DNA from: an uncultured Clostridia bacterium
GTDB lineage: Bacteria > Bacillota > Clostridia > Christensenellales > UBA1242
Assembly (NCBI GenBank): GCA_944384445.1
Contig: CALWTL010000001.1
Span: forward strand, 27,622 to 91,621
Length of the DNA stretch: 64,000 nt
Direction: 5' to 3'
Shown: piece after piece, positions 52,182-61,671 of the stretch
Position numbering within the stretch: the first letter of the stretch is position 1
How the letters are laid out: every line of letters begins with the position of its first letter
Notes under the pieces: generated by a model
What the model was told of the DNA's origin: nothing
The model's database searches: none
The model's input: the letters and a program-made list of their open reading frames with translations, nothing else
Translations under genes and position numbers: made by a program

Positions 52182-52760
52182 ATGAACGAAGAACAAGAAA
52201 AAAAGAAAAATAAATCAATAAAAAATAAATCATCAAAATGGTGGATATGGCCAATTAAAGTATTTATTTTGGCTTTGTTTTTATCATTTACTTTTAGTGT
52301 AATTAGCGAAATCACATTATCAAACACAAATATTATAATATCAGTAATTGTTATATTTGTTTTTATCGCAATCAGTATAATATTTGATATGTTAGGTGTA
52401 GCAGTGACATCTAGTACAATAGAACCATTTTTAGCAATGGCCTCACGTCACATAAAAGGAAGCAAACAAGCAATTAGTTTGATAAAAAATGCAGATAAAA
52501 TTAGTTCTATATGTGCAGATGTAATCGGAGATGTATGTGGTATTTTGTCCGGTGCTGCAGGAGCTAGCATTTTAACTAAAATTGCAATCGCTTCAAATGG
52601 AGATTTTTTATCTATTATTGTAGCATCAAGTGTGTCAGCAATCATAGCTGGTTTTACTATTTTGGGGAAAGCGTCATTTAAAAAATTTGCAATTTCACAT
52701 TCATCACAACTTACATTTAAGTTTGCAAAATTAATAAATATTTTTACTAAAAAAGATTAA
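52182..52760 (+). CDS. Small 4-TM membrane protein, candidate OapA-like partner of the upstream RNA
   Basis: 192 aa with a Lys-rich N-terminus and four TM helices. Conserved-looking acidic residues lie within helices (IIFDMLGVAV, CADVIGDVCGILSG). Starts 35 nt after the RNA closing helix, with no SD. Confidence 0.5.
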   Translation: MNEEQEKKKNKSIKNKSSKWWIWPIKVFILALFLSFTFSVISEITLSNTNIIISVIVIFVFIAISIIFDMLGVAVTSSTIEPFLAMASRHIKGSKQAISLIKNADKISSICADVIGDVCGILSGAAGASILTKIAIASNGDFLSIIVASSVSAIIAGFTILGKASFKKFAISHSSQLTFKFAKLINIFTKKD

Positions 52761-52898
52761 TTTTTTTATAAAAATTTTATTTATATTTAATCATTAATAA
52801 TTAATTAATAAATCATAAATAATTATTTTATATTAATTGAAATTATATTTAATATTTCTAATATAAAAAATAAAAAAATCACAATTTTGTGATTTTTT

Positions 52899-54095
52899 TT
52901 AAGAAATATTTGGCCATATACGATTAGATTTGAACCATTCGCTATCTTTTAAAATTGTATTATTATTAGAACAATTTATTCCTATTTCTGTTTTAGTAGA
53001 TATAATTACAATATTCCCATTAAAAGAAGTATATTCATCATTGTCATAATCAATACATAAACTAGTCACATAAATAGCACTTGTATACTTTGCTACTCTG
53101 TTGATGAAATCTTGTGTAGGGAATTGATTATCTTTTGTATCGGTATATTCACTACTGCCCGCACAACAACAAACACAAACGACTTGTGGTTGAATTGCAC
53201 TCAATAAAACATCACTAGACGAAGTTTTGCTTCCATGATGTCCGGCTTTATACAAATAGACTTGTGGCAAAATATTTTCTCCAACTAATGATTCTTCTCC
53301 ATCTGCTTCCAAATCTCCTGTAAATAAAAAGTTTCTATCTCCATGACTAAACATTATACAAACTGAATAATCATTTTCGCTAGTTGCATTTTGCTCATAA
53401 TATTTTTGATATAATACCTGAAAAGAAATATCATTTTCTTCATCTAAAATATATTCACGTTGTGCTTGTACCATGTTTCCATTCGCCTGTTCTACCAGTT
53501 CTTCATTATAACATTGCAACGCATTAAAATGATTTGCTCCTTCTTCCATTTCGTCTTTTAGTTCTCTTAAATAATTTCCATAAACTTTTGCACTCTCTTT
53601 TTGATTAGTCTTTGCAAAATCTATTATATTTTCACAGACATATAAGTCAAATATGCTATCTACTTTTTCAGTGGTAGCAAATCCTGCATAATGGTCTTGA
53701 TGAGCATGAGAAATAATAACATACTCTAAAGTATTATCCGTAACGTAATTATTTAAATAATTGCTAACTGTCAAAATGCTATTTGATTTTGAACCACAAT
53801 CAATTAAAATATCTATATCTTTACCAACTTTAATATATGTACAATCTCCTGTATACTTATTTCCCAATTCTAAAAAATGAATTGACATATTACCATTTTC
53901 AATTACAACTGGAACAGTATTTACTTCACCTTCAGCATTATATGAATAGTATGTTTCTTGACCAATAATTAATTTTTCATTATAAGGTAAAGTAAAATAT
54001 ATTAAACCAATTCCTCCTATTACAAAACCTATCAAAATTGCAATTAAACAATAAACAAATATTGTTAATTTTAATTTGTTTTTATTTTTTGCCAT
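52899..54095 (-). CDS. Membrane-anchored MBL-fold hydrolase of the ComEC C-terminal-domain type
   Basis: N-terminal TM anchor, HAHQDH (HxHxDH), AGHHGS and TGDLE motifs. Confidence 0.75.
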   Translation of the reverse strand: MAKNKNKLKLTIFVYCLIAILIGFVIGGIGLIYFTLPYNEKLIIGQETYYSYNAEGEVNTVPVVIENGNMSIHFLELGNKYTGDCTYIKVGKDIDILIDCGSKSNSILTVSNYLNNYVTDNTLEYVIISHAHQDHYAGFATTEKVDSIFDLYVCENIIDFAKTNQKESAKVYGNYLRELKDEMEEGANHFNALQCYNEELVEQANGNMVQAQREYILDEENDISFQVLYQKYYEQNATSENDYSVCIMFSHGDRNFLFTGDLEADGEESLVGENILPQVYLYKAGHHGSKTSSSDVLLSAIQPQVVCVCCCAGSSEYTDTKDNQFPTQDFINRVAKYTSAIYVTSLCIDYDNDEYTSFNGNIVIISTKTEIGINCSNNNTILKDSEWFKSNRIWPNIS

Positions 54096-54111
54096 TGTAC
54101 ACCCCCACTAT

Positions 54112-54588
54112 TTAAATAATATCTTCGCTTTCTTCAACAAAAGTAATTAACCTTATTCTTTGGACGGTGAATATTGTATCATATTTTAAATCATCAACTT
54201 TATATAAAATATAATACGTTCCAATTTCATCTGCATAATATTCACCATCATCATTAACTTTCAAATTTGTTTCTATGTACATTTTATTAGAGACGTCTCT
54301 ACCAAATGAAATTGCATGAATACCTTCATCAATATATCTTTCGCCAAGAGTTAACGTCAATTCATCTTTTCCTATCAATTCAAAACAATCATTTTTTGTC
54401 AAATATTTAACTCCAAAAATTCCTGCTAATATTCCTATAATAAGCATACATATTACTGCTACAACTCCACCTGTACCTAATTTTTTCAAGTTCTTCTTTG
54501 TAGTTTTGTTATTTCTTTTTGAATTTTCTATATCAAAATTAAATTCAGCTTTAGTCTTAACTTTACTAGCGGTTTTTTTAATTGCCAT
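54112..54588 (-). CDS. Membrane-anchored protein with a probable Ig-like external domain
   Basis: 158 aa. Basic N-terminus, one TM helix, and a beta-rich C-terminal domain (GERYIDEGIHAISFGRDVS...GTYYILYKV). Confidence 0.45.
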   Translation of the reverse strand: MAIKKTASKVKTKAEFNFDIENSKRNNKTTKKNLKKLGTGGVVAVICMLIIGILAGIFGVKYLTKNDCFELIGKDELTLTLGERYIDEGIHAISFGRDVSNKMYIETNLKVNDDGEYYADEIGTYYILYKVDDLKYDTIFTVQRIRLITFVEESEDII

Positions 54589-54858
54589 AAATTTCCCCTC
54601 CTAATTTAATTTTTTTTATTATATCATAAAAAATAAATTATCTAAAATAAAATGTAAAAATATTAAAAAAATTTTTTAATTTTTAATTAATTATTTATTT
54701 TTTTTAACATTTTTAATTTTTTATTATAATTATTAATAATAAATTTAATTTTTTATTATCAATTTTACTAAAAATTTATTATTTATTATTTTTAATATTT
54801 AACAAATCATAATAAATTCGCAATATAATGTATTAAATTTAATTATGAGGTTAATTTA

Positions 54859-55944
54859 ATGAATTGTTATTTATTTAATAAATATTTGTGCGATAAAATT
54901 TCACATAATAAATCAAAACAAATATGTTATCCAAGTTATTGCTCTAAAGATTTTATTAATTATCCCAAATTAAATATTTATAATCAAAATTCAATATCTC
55001 CTACTGGACCAATGGGACCTATAGGTCCTACTGGGCCAACTGGTCCAACCGGACCTGCTGGCATAAATGGTTCTATTGGAGCTACAGGTCCAACTGGTCC
55101 CATGGGAGTTTCTGGTGCTACTGGTCCGACTGGACCGACGGGCTCCACTGGTGAAATAGGTCCAACTGGACCGACAGGACCTACTGGAGCCACTGGTGCA
55201 ACTGGACCTACTGGTGCTAGCGGTCCTGCCGGAAACACAGTATTTAATCCTTATAATATTTATGTTAGAAGCAATACTATTGGAGGAACTGGAACTCAAA
55301 CCAATCCTTTACCTACACTAAGTGATGCTTTAGATGTCGTTGCTAACAATGGCACAATTGAATTGTATGATGGGACGTATCCTATTGATGAAACTACAAC
55401 TTTATCAAAAAATAATATTACAATAAAAGGTAAGCCAAATGCTACAATTTTATTAACATCAAACGTTGTTCCTTTACTTGTGACTGGAAGTGGTAATGTT
55501 ATTGAAGGACTTACATTTACTAGCGATAATCCTTATCCTGTAGAATTTATTCAAATAGGCGGGAATAATAATGTAATTCGAAATAATATAATATATGGTC
55601 CTACACAATCAGGCAGTTCTGATACATGGGTAGTTAATAGAGGTGTCGTCACACAAGGAAGCACAAACAATAATTGGATAGATGGCAACATATTCTATTC
55701 ACTAAGACAAAGTGGATACTTAAATCCTAATTCAACTGGATATATAACACACAATGTCGTTTTTAACACAAGAGGTTGGGTTGTAGACCAAGCATTATTT
55801 CAATTTTCAGGCAATTCATGGGGAGACCCAGAAAATGCTGTTGATATTGCATTGCTGTCGGGAACTACCTCTGGTGTTCCATATAGTTCAATAAGCGAAC
55901 TTCAAGACAATAATAGCAACGCAAATATAAGTGATCAACGGTAA
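54859..55944 (+). CDS. Collagen-like repeat protein with a right-handed beta-helix C-terminal domain (BclA-like architecture)
   Basis: Cys-rich 49-aa N-terminus without a signal peptide, 25 uninterrupted G-X-Y triplets dominated by GPT, then a beta-helix-like domain ([31 protein letters not shown]). Confidence 0.8.
   Translation: MNCYLFNKYLCDKISHNKSKQICYPSYCSKDFINYPKLNIYNQNSISPTGPMGPIGPTGPTGPTGPAGINGSIGATGPTGPMGVSGATGPTGPTGSTGEIGPTGPTGPTGATGATGPTGASGPAGNTVFNPYNIYVRSNTIGGTGTQTNPLPTLSDALDVVANNGTIELYDGTYPIDETTTLSKNNITIKGKPNATILLTSNVVPLLVTGSGNVIEGLTFTSDNPYPVEFIQIGGNNNVIRNNIIYGPTQSGSSDTWVVNRGVVTQGSTNNNWIDGNIFYSLRQSGYLNPNSTGYITHNVVFNTRGWVVDQALFQFSGNSWGDPENAVDIALLSGTTSGVPYSSISELQDNNSNANISDQR
55006..55230 (+). 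repeat. Collagen-like G-X-Y triplet repeat (25 units, mostly GPT/GAT)
   Basis: Direct reading of the translation: [75 protein letters not shown]. Confidence 0.9.
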
Positions 55945-55950
55945 ATAAAA

Positions 55951-55986
55951 AAAGTGTTCCTTTTAGATTAGTGAACACTTTTTTAT
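55951..55986 (+). terminator. Terminator after the collagen-like gene
   Basis: AAAGTGTTC/GAACACTTT stem followed by a T-run. Confidence 0.55.
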
Positions 55987-56056
55987 AATTTTAATATGCA
56001 CGGTATTAGATAGTAATTAATTATCTTTTATTTTATTCAAATTATCATACGATTGT

Positions 56057-56584
56057 TTATTTTTTAATCAATTTATATTTTCTTTTAATTAAGGCATCTT
56101 CCAACGTTTCATTATCATGCAATAAAATTTTACCACCTTTAAAATGTTTACAACGATTATAGGCTACTTCAAAATATTTTTTATTTTTATTAATCCATTC
56201 AAGCGAATTGCCCCTACTTATAAATCTATTTATATATTTTTTATATGCTTTTTTCGTAGGATAACAAACAATATAATTTAAACCATAAGTATCATAAAAA
56301 TCTATTTCTTCATCTCCATTATATCTAACGCATACAATATCATATTTTTTTACAGCGTCTTTGATTGCATTTATATAATTTAATGGATAATTTTTATTCA
56401 ATACTCTATTTTTTGTTCCCTTCAATTTTTCAAAATCTTTTTTTTCAATATCATTATAAACGTATTTGAATGGACTGCTTTCTAAATCAATAACATTTTT
56501 ATATCGCTTTGCCAACTCAGTTTTTCCTACTCCACCAAATCCAGAAATTATAATTCCTTGTTTTTTCTTTTTATTTTTTTCCAT
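56057..56584 (-). CDS. P-loop NTPase/kinase-like protein, unknown function
   Basis: 175 aa with Walker A SGFGGVGKT near the N-terminus. Confidence 0.55.
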   Translation of the reverse strand: MEKNKKKKQGIIISGFGGVGKTELAKRYKNVIDLESSPFKYVYNDIEKKDFEKLKGTKNRVLNKNYPLNYINAIKDAVKKYDIVCVRYNGDEEIDFYDTYGLNYIVCYPTKKAYKKYINRFISRGNSLEWINKNKKYFEVAYNRCKHFKGGKILLHDNETLEDALIKRKYKLIKK

Positions 56585-56672
56585 ATTATATTATAACATA
56601 TTTTTTTTATTAATAATAATATTATTCAATTATTTTTTATTTAGATAGTTAAAATTTATTTACATTAAAAAA

Positions 56673-58334
56673 TCAAATATTTTTCAAAATTTTGATAAAA
56701 TTATTTAATCTATCTTTGCACTCATCTATACCTAAAATTTTCATAATTGAAAATAATTCTGGACTATCAACTCTATCTGTTATAGCAATTCGTATAAATT
56801 TTGAAGCATCTGCTATATTCCCAGAATATAAGGTAGGATTTTGTTTATAAGTTTTATTGTCTACGAAAGCAAAATTTAATGCAACTTTCTTTAAATTGTC
56901 AAACCATGATTGATTGTCATGAAATTCTACATAATTATTTTTATATTCAGTCAAAAATTCAATCAAATTTTTCTTATCAATATTGCCAATGTCGACCTCA
57001 TATTTAGGTTTAAAATCAGGTAATACATATTTATACAAATCTAATATTTCGCTATAATAAGTTATATCCTTTCTTGGTCTATCTCCTCCTCTATTTATAG
57101 ATAATACATCTATTAAATTTTGCTTATTATCCTTTATCAATTTTACACTATCATTATCCCAGTCTTTTGCCCAATTTAGTAGATTATTATAAACTTCTTC
57201 TGAAGAATAGCGTGAAATTATTGACTTTGAAATATCATTTAATTTCACAAAATCAAACAAAGGATTTGTGACACCAATTTTCTTTATATCAAATGGAAAT
57301 TCTTTTATATTTTTATCAGGATAATTTTTTCTCCATATTTCAAAATCGCTGTTTAATAATGTTAATAGATATTCTAAAACCGCATTGACAGGATATCCTT
57401 TTTTCATAAAAAATCTAACATCTGCAAAAGCATCTTTTCTCTTGCTAATTTTACGTTTATTACCATTTTCATCAAGAATGCAAATATTTGGCGTATGTGC
57501 ATATTTAAAAGGTTCAAAGCCAAAAGCTTTAGATATTTCAATATGCACAGGCAAAGATTGATACCATTCCTGTCCACGCACAACAATACTGGTTCGCATT
57601 AAAGTATCATCTACAACATGAGCAAAAGAATACACCGGAATGCCGTTTGATTTTATTAAAACATCATCTTTTGCATTTTCTCTTAATTCTTTTTCACCTT
57701 TGATAACATCGGTAAATTTATGAGTGTTTTGATTATTTCCCAATGAAAGCAAACGTAAAGCAAATGGTTGATTTTCTTTTAATTTTCTTTTAATTTCATC
57801 TAATGACAAATTTCTACAAACATCATGAAGTTGTAAATCTGAATTTAATTCTAATTCTTCATCTCGCCTTCTTTCTATTTCATCTTTGTCTTTTGCCGCT
57901 TTACAAAAGCATGGCAAAGCCCTTCCTTTTTTCACTAATTCATGTGCAAAAGCATGATAAATTTCTATTCTTTGTGACTGAACGTATGGACCATAATCTC
58001 CAATTTCTTTTTCCGTACCACGATAACCTTCATCAGGAGTTAAATTGTAATATTTCAACATATCATAAGCAATTGCTCCTGCATTATCAATTTCACGTTT
58101 TGAATCTGTATCTTCTAACCTTAAATAAAATATACCCTTTGTAGTATCAGCCAACAAACGATGTACTAAACTTTGATATAATTGTCCGATATGCAAATAA
58201 CCTGTAGGACTAGGACCTAATCTCGACACTTCCCCTTCAATATTTCTAGGTAAATATTTATTTAAATAATAATCAATATCTTTTACGTTAGGATATAATA
58301 AATCTGCCAATTCTATATATTCTTTTTCTGTCAT
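56673..58334 (-). CDS. gltX: Glutamate--tRNA ligase (long, 553-aa form)
   Basis: Class I motifs PSPTGYLHIGQ (HIGH-like) and KISKRK (KMSKS-like). Confidence 0.85.
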   Translation of the reverse strand: MTEKEYIELADLLYPNVKDIDYYLNKYLPRNIEGEVSRLGPSPTGYLHIGQLYQSLVHRLLADTTKGIFYLRLEDTDSKREIDNAGAIAYDMLKYYNLTPDEGYRGTEKEIGDYGPYVQSQRIEIYHAFAHELVKKGRALPCFCKAAKDKDEIERRRDEELELNSDLQLHDVCRNLSLDEIKRKLKENQPFALRLLSLGNNQNTHKFTDVIKGEKELRENAKDDVLIKSNGIPVYSFAHVVDDTLMRTSIVVRGQEWYQSLPVHIEISKAFGFEPFKYAHTPNICILDENGNKRKISKRKDAFADVRFFMKKGYPVNAVLEYLLTLLNSDFEIWRKNYPDKNIKEFPFDIKKIGVTNPLFDFVKLNDISKSIISRYSSEEVYNNLLNWAKDWDNDSVKLIKDNKQNLIDVLSINRGGDRPRKDITYYSEILDLYKYVLPDFKPKYEVDIGNIDKKNLIEFLTEYKNNYVEFHDNQSWFDNLKKVALNFAFVDNKTYKQNPTLYSGNIADASKFIRIAITDRVDSPELFSIMKILGIDECKDRLNNFIKILKNI

Positions 58335-59437
58335 TATAAGTTCTCCATAATAGATAACATTTCTTTGATAACTTCAGTATATTCATCTATGATATAATTA
58401 TGATTTTCAATTATTCTTGCACATATTTTTTCATAGGTTGAAGCATTAGCGTCGTTAACTGTTTTGATATATATAATATCATTGCACGCTTGATTGTAAA
58501 TTTCGTATTCATTATTCAAGATTGTTTGCAAATTGTATAATTTAATAGCTGCTTCATAAAAATTTTGCTTTGAAGCACTAAAATTAATACTTTCACCAAT
58601 TGAAGAATTAAATTCCCTATCAATAGTACTTACATTTAAAAGATATTCATCAAAATTTGAATCTGTTGAACCAAAATTTATGTCTACATTAGTAAAACTC
58701 GAAGATAATTCTCCACCTTTTACATAGCGTTCGATATATGATTGTGTCAAATTTGATATTTGCATTTTTATTTTACTCTTTAAATTATTTGTCAAACTTG
58801 TAGCATCAAATTGCTCTAAATTTACACTTGAATAATCATAATTTGAATTAGTTAACGCATAATTAAAGTAAATATCTGAAAGTGTACGTGTTAGATTGTA
58901 TGCAGATTGAAATAAATTATCATAAGAATCAAACAAATTTTTTAATCTATTCATACATGTACTATCTAATATATCATCATTAATATTAAATCTCATAATT
59001 TCTGCTACTAATGATATATTAGTACTAACAGTTTTTAGCGAACTATTAAATTCTTGAAGATTATATTCTATTAATTCTCTTTTATCTTTTTTTACATCAA
59101 GTTCATTAGTCGAACAAATATCAATATATTCATAAACAAATGATAAAGAATTATCAAATAATTTATTATAAAAATTAGCTATATAATTATATGGTTTTGT
59201 AGAATTAATAGCATTTGTAAAATATTGTTCACCTTGATATGTATAAATTGAATAATCAAATTCTAATTTACCATCACTTGTTAAATTTAAATTTTCATAT
59301 TGATTGGCTATTTTTTTAAAATCTGATGAAAGATTAGATAATTGATATCCACCATTATCTCCACACGCACTAAAAATTAGTGCTCCAGGTATTAAGAGCA
59401 AACATAATATTAAACATAAAATACTTTTTCTTTTCAT
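58334..59437 (-). CDS. Lipoprotein, unknown function
   Basis: Signal peptide with lipobox IFSAC. 367 aa, Asn-rich and helical. The stop overlaps the gltX start. Confidence 0.55.
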   Translation of the reverse strand: MKRKSILCLILCLLLIPGALIFSACGDNGGYQLSNLSSDFKKIANQYENLNLTSDGKLEFDYSIYTYQGEQYFTNAINSTKPYNYIANFYNKLFDNSLSFVYEYIDICSTNELDVKKDKRELIEYNLQEFNSSLKTVSTNISLVAEIMRFNINDDILDSTCMNRLKNLFDSYDNLFQSAYNLTRTLSDIYFNYALTNSNYDYSSVNLEQFDATSLTNNLKSKIKMQISNLTQSYIERYVKGGELSSSFTNVDINFGSTDSNFDEYLLNVSTIDREFNSSIGESINFSASKQNFYEAAIKLYNLQTILNNEYEIYNQACNDIIYIKTVNDANASTYEKICARIIENHNYIIDEYTEVIKEMLSIMENL

Positions 59438-60291
59438 TATTCTATACCTAAAACTCCTTTAAAATAATAAATGGCTTTTTCTAAACTTGATGAATTTTCA
59501 GTAATATTTACAATGTTCTGAACATTTTGTGCTAAATTTTTTGCAAATGTAGATTTATTGCAATTATTATAATTGCTGATAAAATAATTATTTAAATAAG
59601 AAAAATTATTATTTGAAACAATATAACCATTTTCGAAATTGACATATGTGTTTACAATATCAATATTGTCCGAATTAACAACTTTTCTTAATCCAGAAGC
59701 ATCTGTCATTAAATCAGAAAAAGTATTTATGCAAACAGTTGTATAAATTTCAATAATTGAGAATTTTACATCTCCATTTTTAACAATATTTGTTTTATCT
59801 AATTCAGAATTTATACTATTTATCATATCTGAAAATGCAATGAAATATTTACTCATTTGTTGATATAAATCGTTTGCACCAGTATTTCTATTAAATGATG
59901 AACTATTTATTTTAATCAAATATTCATTCATCATATCATCTGCTTTATTTTGCACATCTTCTACTTTTTCAAGCTGGTCTACAATTAAATGGTCATCAAT
60001 ATCATAATCTTTTGAATTCAAAAGATAATAATTTAAGTTAATTGCAATTTCATTTAATTTTTCGTTCGTACTAATGATTAAATCAAATCTATTATCAGTG
60101 TACGATGTCACAGTTTTTAATTTTGCATCAAATTCGTCTTTTTTGCTACCATAAATAAACGAACTAAAATTTTCAAAGCCATTTACACTTGCTCTAATTT
60201 GCGAATAAAAGAAATAACAAGTGCCTCCAATTGCCGCTGCAATTATTAGCACTATTAACAAAACTTTTGTCACATTCCATACTTTTTTCAT
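59437..60291 (-). CDS. Membrane-anchored protein, unknown function
   Basis: 284 aa with an N-terminal TM anchor. The stop overlaps the lipoprotein start. Confidence 0.5.
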   Translation of the reverse strand: MKKVWNVTKVLLIVLIIAAAIGGTCYFFYSQIRASVNGFENFSSFIYGSKKDEFDAKLKTVTSYTDNRFDLIISTNEKLNEIAINLNYYLLNSKDYDIDDHLIVDQLEKVEDVQNKADDMMNEYLIKINSSSFNRNTGANDLYQQMSKYFIAFSDMINSINSELDKTNIVKNGDVKFSIIEIYTTVCINTFSDLMTDASGLRKVVNSDNIDIVNTYVNFENGYIVSNNNFSYLNNYFISNYNNCNKSTFAKNLAQNVQNIVNITENSSSLEKAIYYFKGVLGIE

Positions 60292-60530
60292 ATTTATTAT
60301 TATAATATCTTACTGCTTCATTGTCAATAAGATTGAGAATTAAATAAAGAATTGATAATTTTTGTATTCAATACAAACTTCCTATTTATGATTAGAATTA
60401 TAATATAATTGTTTTTAATTAGAATACCGTTTTATGTATTATTTATCAACTATGCAATGAAAATATTAGACCTAAAAAATTTTAACACTAAAATAGTTGT
60501 TATATAAAAAAAATTTGTTATAATAAAAAT

Positions 60531-61259
60531 ATGAAAAATATTTTAATTTCAGGTGCAAGTGGAGATATTGGTAGTGAAATTGCTAGAAAATTCGCAGATA
60601 CTAATAATAGATTAATATTAATATACAACAACAGCAAAAAACGTATAGATAATATATTAAACGAACTTATGGATAAATGTACTGTCGTTTCATATAAATG
60701 TGATTTAACTGATGACGAATTGGTTTGTGCAATGGTAGATGATATAATAACAAAATATAAACATATAGATTGTTTAATAAATTCTGCGGGGGTATCATTA
60801 ATTAAACAAATACAAGATACTACAATATCTGATTATAATTTTATTTTTGATAATAATGTCAAGAGCACTATACTTCTAACAAAATACGTTTCAAAATTTA
60901 TGATAAAAGCACAGTTTGGAAAAATCATTAACATATCTTCAATTTGGGGAAAAGTTGGTGCTAGTATGGAAAGTTTGTATTCTGCCAGCAAAGGTGCAAT
61001 CAATAGTTTTACATTATCTATTGCAAAAGAATTAGGTTATAGTAATATTACGGTAAATGCTATATGTCCAGGTCTAATTGAAAGTAAAATGAATTCATTT
61101 TTATCAGAAGCAGAAAAACAAAACCTTATTGATAACACTCCAATTTCTAGAATAGGCACTTGTGAAGATATTGCCAACATTTGTGAATTTTTGTGTAGCG
61201 AAAAAGCTGATTATATAACTGGACAAATTATTACTGTTGATGGCGGATTTACTTTATAA
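60531..61259 (+). CDS. Short-chain dehydrogenase/reductase (FabG-like 3-oxoacyl-ACP reductase)
   Basis: GASGDIGSEIA, NSAG and the YSASK catalytic motif. Confidence 0.8.
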   Translation: MKNILISGASGDIGSEIARKFADTNNRLILIYNNSKKRIDNILNELMDKCTVVSYKCDLTDDELVCAMVDDIITKYKHIDCLINSAGVSLIKQIQDTTISDYNFIFDNNVKSTILLTKYVSKFMIKAQFGKIINISSIWGKVGASMESLYSASKGAINSFTLSIAKELGYSNITVNAICPGLIESKMNSFLSEAEKQNLIDNTPISRIGTCEDIANICEFLCSEKADYITGQIITVDGGFTL

Positions 61260-61671
61260 AATTAAACAAATCTTATGATTTGAATTATGCAAAGAATAGT
61301 AAAAATAGTAATAAATATCAGGTGAACCCCAATATGAAGTAAACACAAAAAATTAAATTTTTTTAGAATGATTATAGCAATTTTATATTTTCTAAAAAAA
61401 TTAAATATTTATGATTTAGCAAATGTTAGATTTAAAAAATTTGATATTTGTAAATATTTTATAAAAAATTATAAGATATTTGTCAAAATCAAGATATATA
61501 AAAATTAAATCTATTATAAGACAAAATTATAAAAATAAAAAATTTTTAGCGAAAAAACTAAAAATCAAAAATTTAACTATATTTTTTATCCAAGTTTTGG
61601 TTTTATCTCATTTAACACAAATAATATTTATAACAGCTTTTTATTAAATTTTAATTAGTAATATTGTTTGA

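Noticed and set aside
54984-55299. Two minus-strand ORFs (84 and 102 aa) with Pro/Gly/Val or Ser/Arg repeats opposite the collagen-like region.
   Set aside because: They are artefacts of the GGN-CCN-ACN triplet periodicity. The plus-strand frame gives a perfect G-X-Y collagen repeat within a 361-aa ORF that has a terminator.
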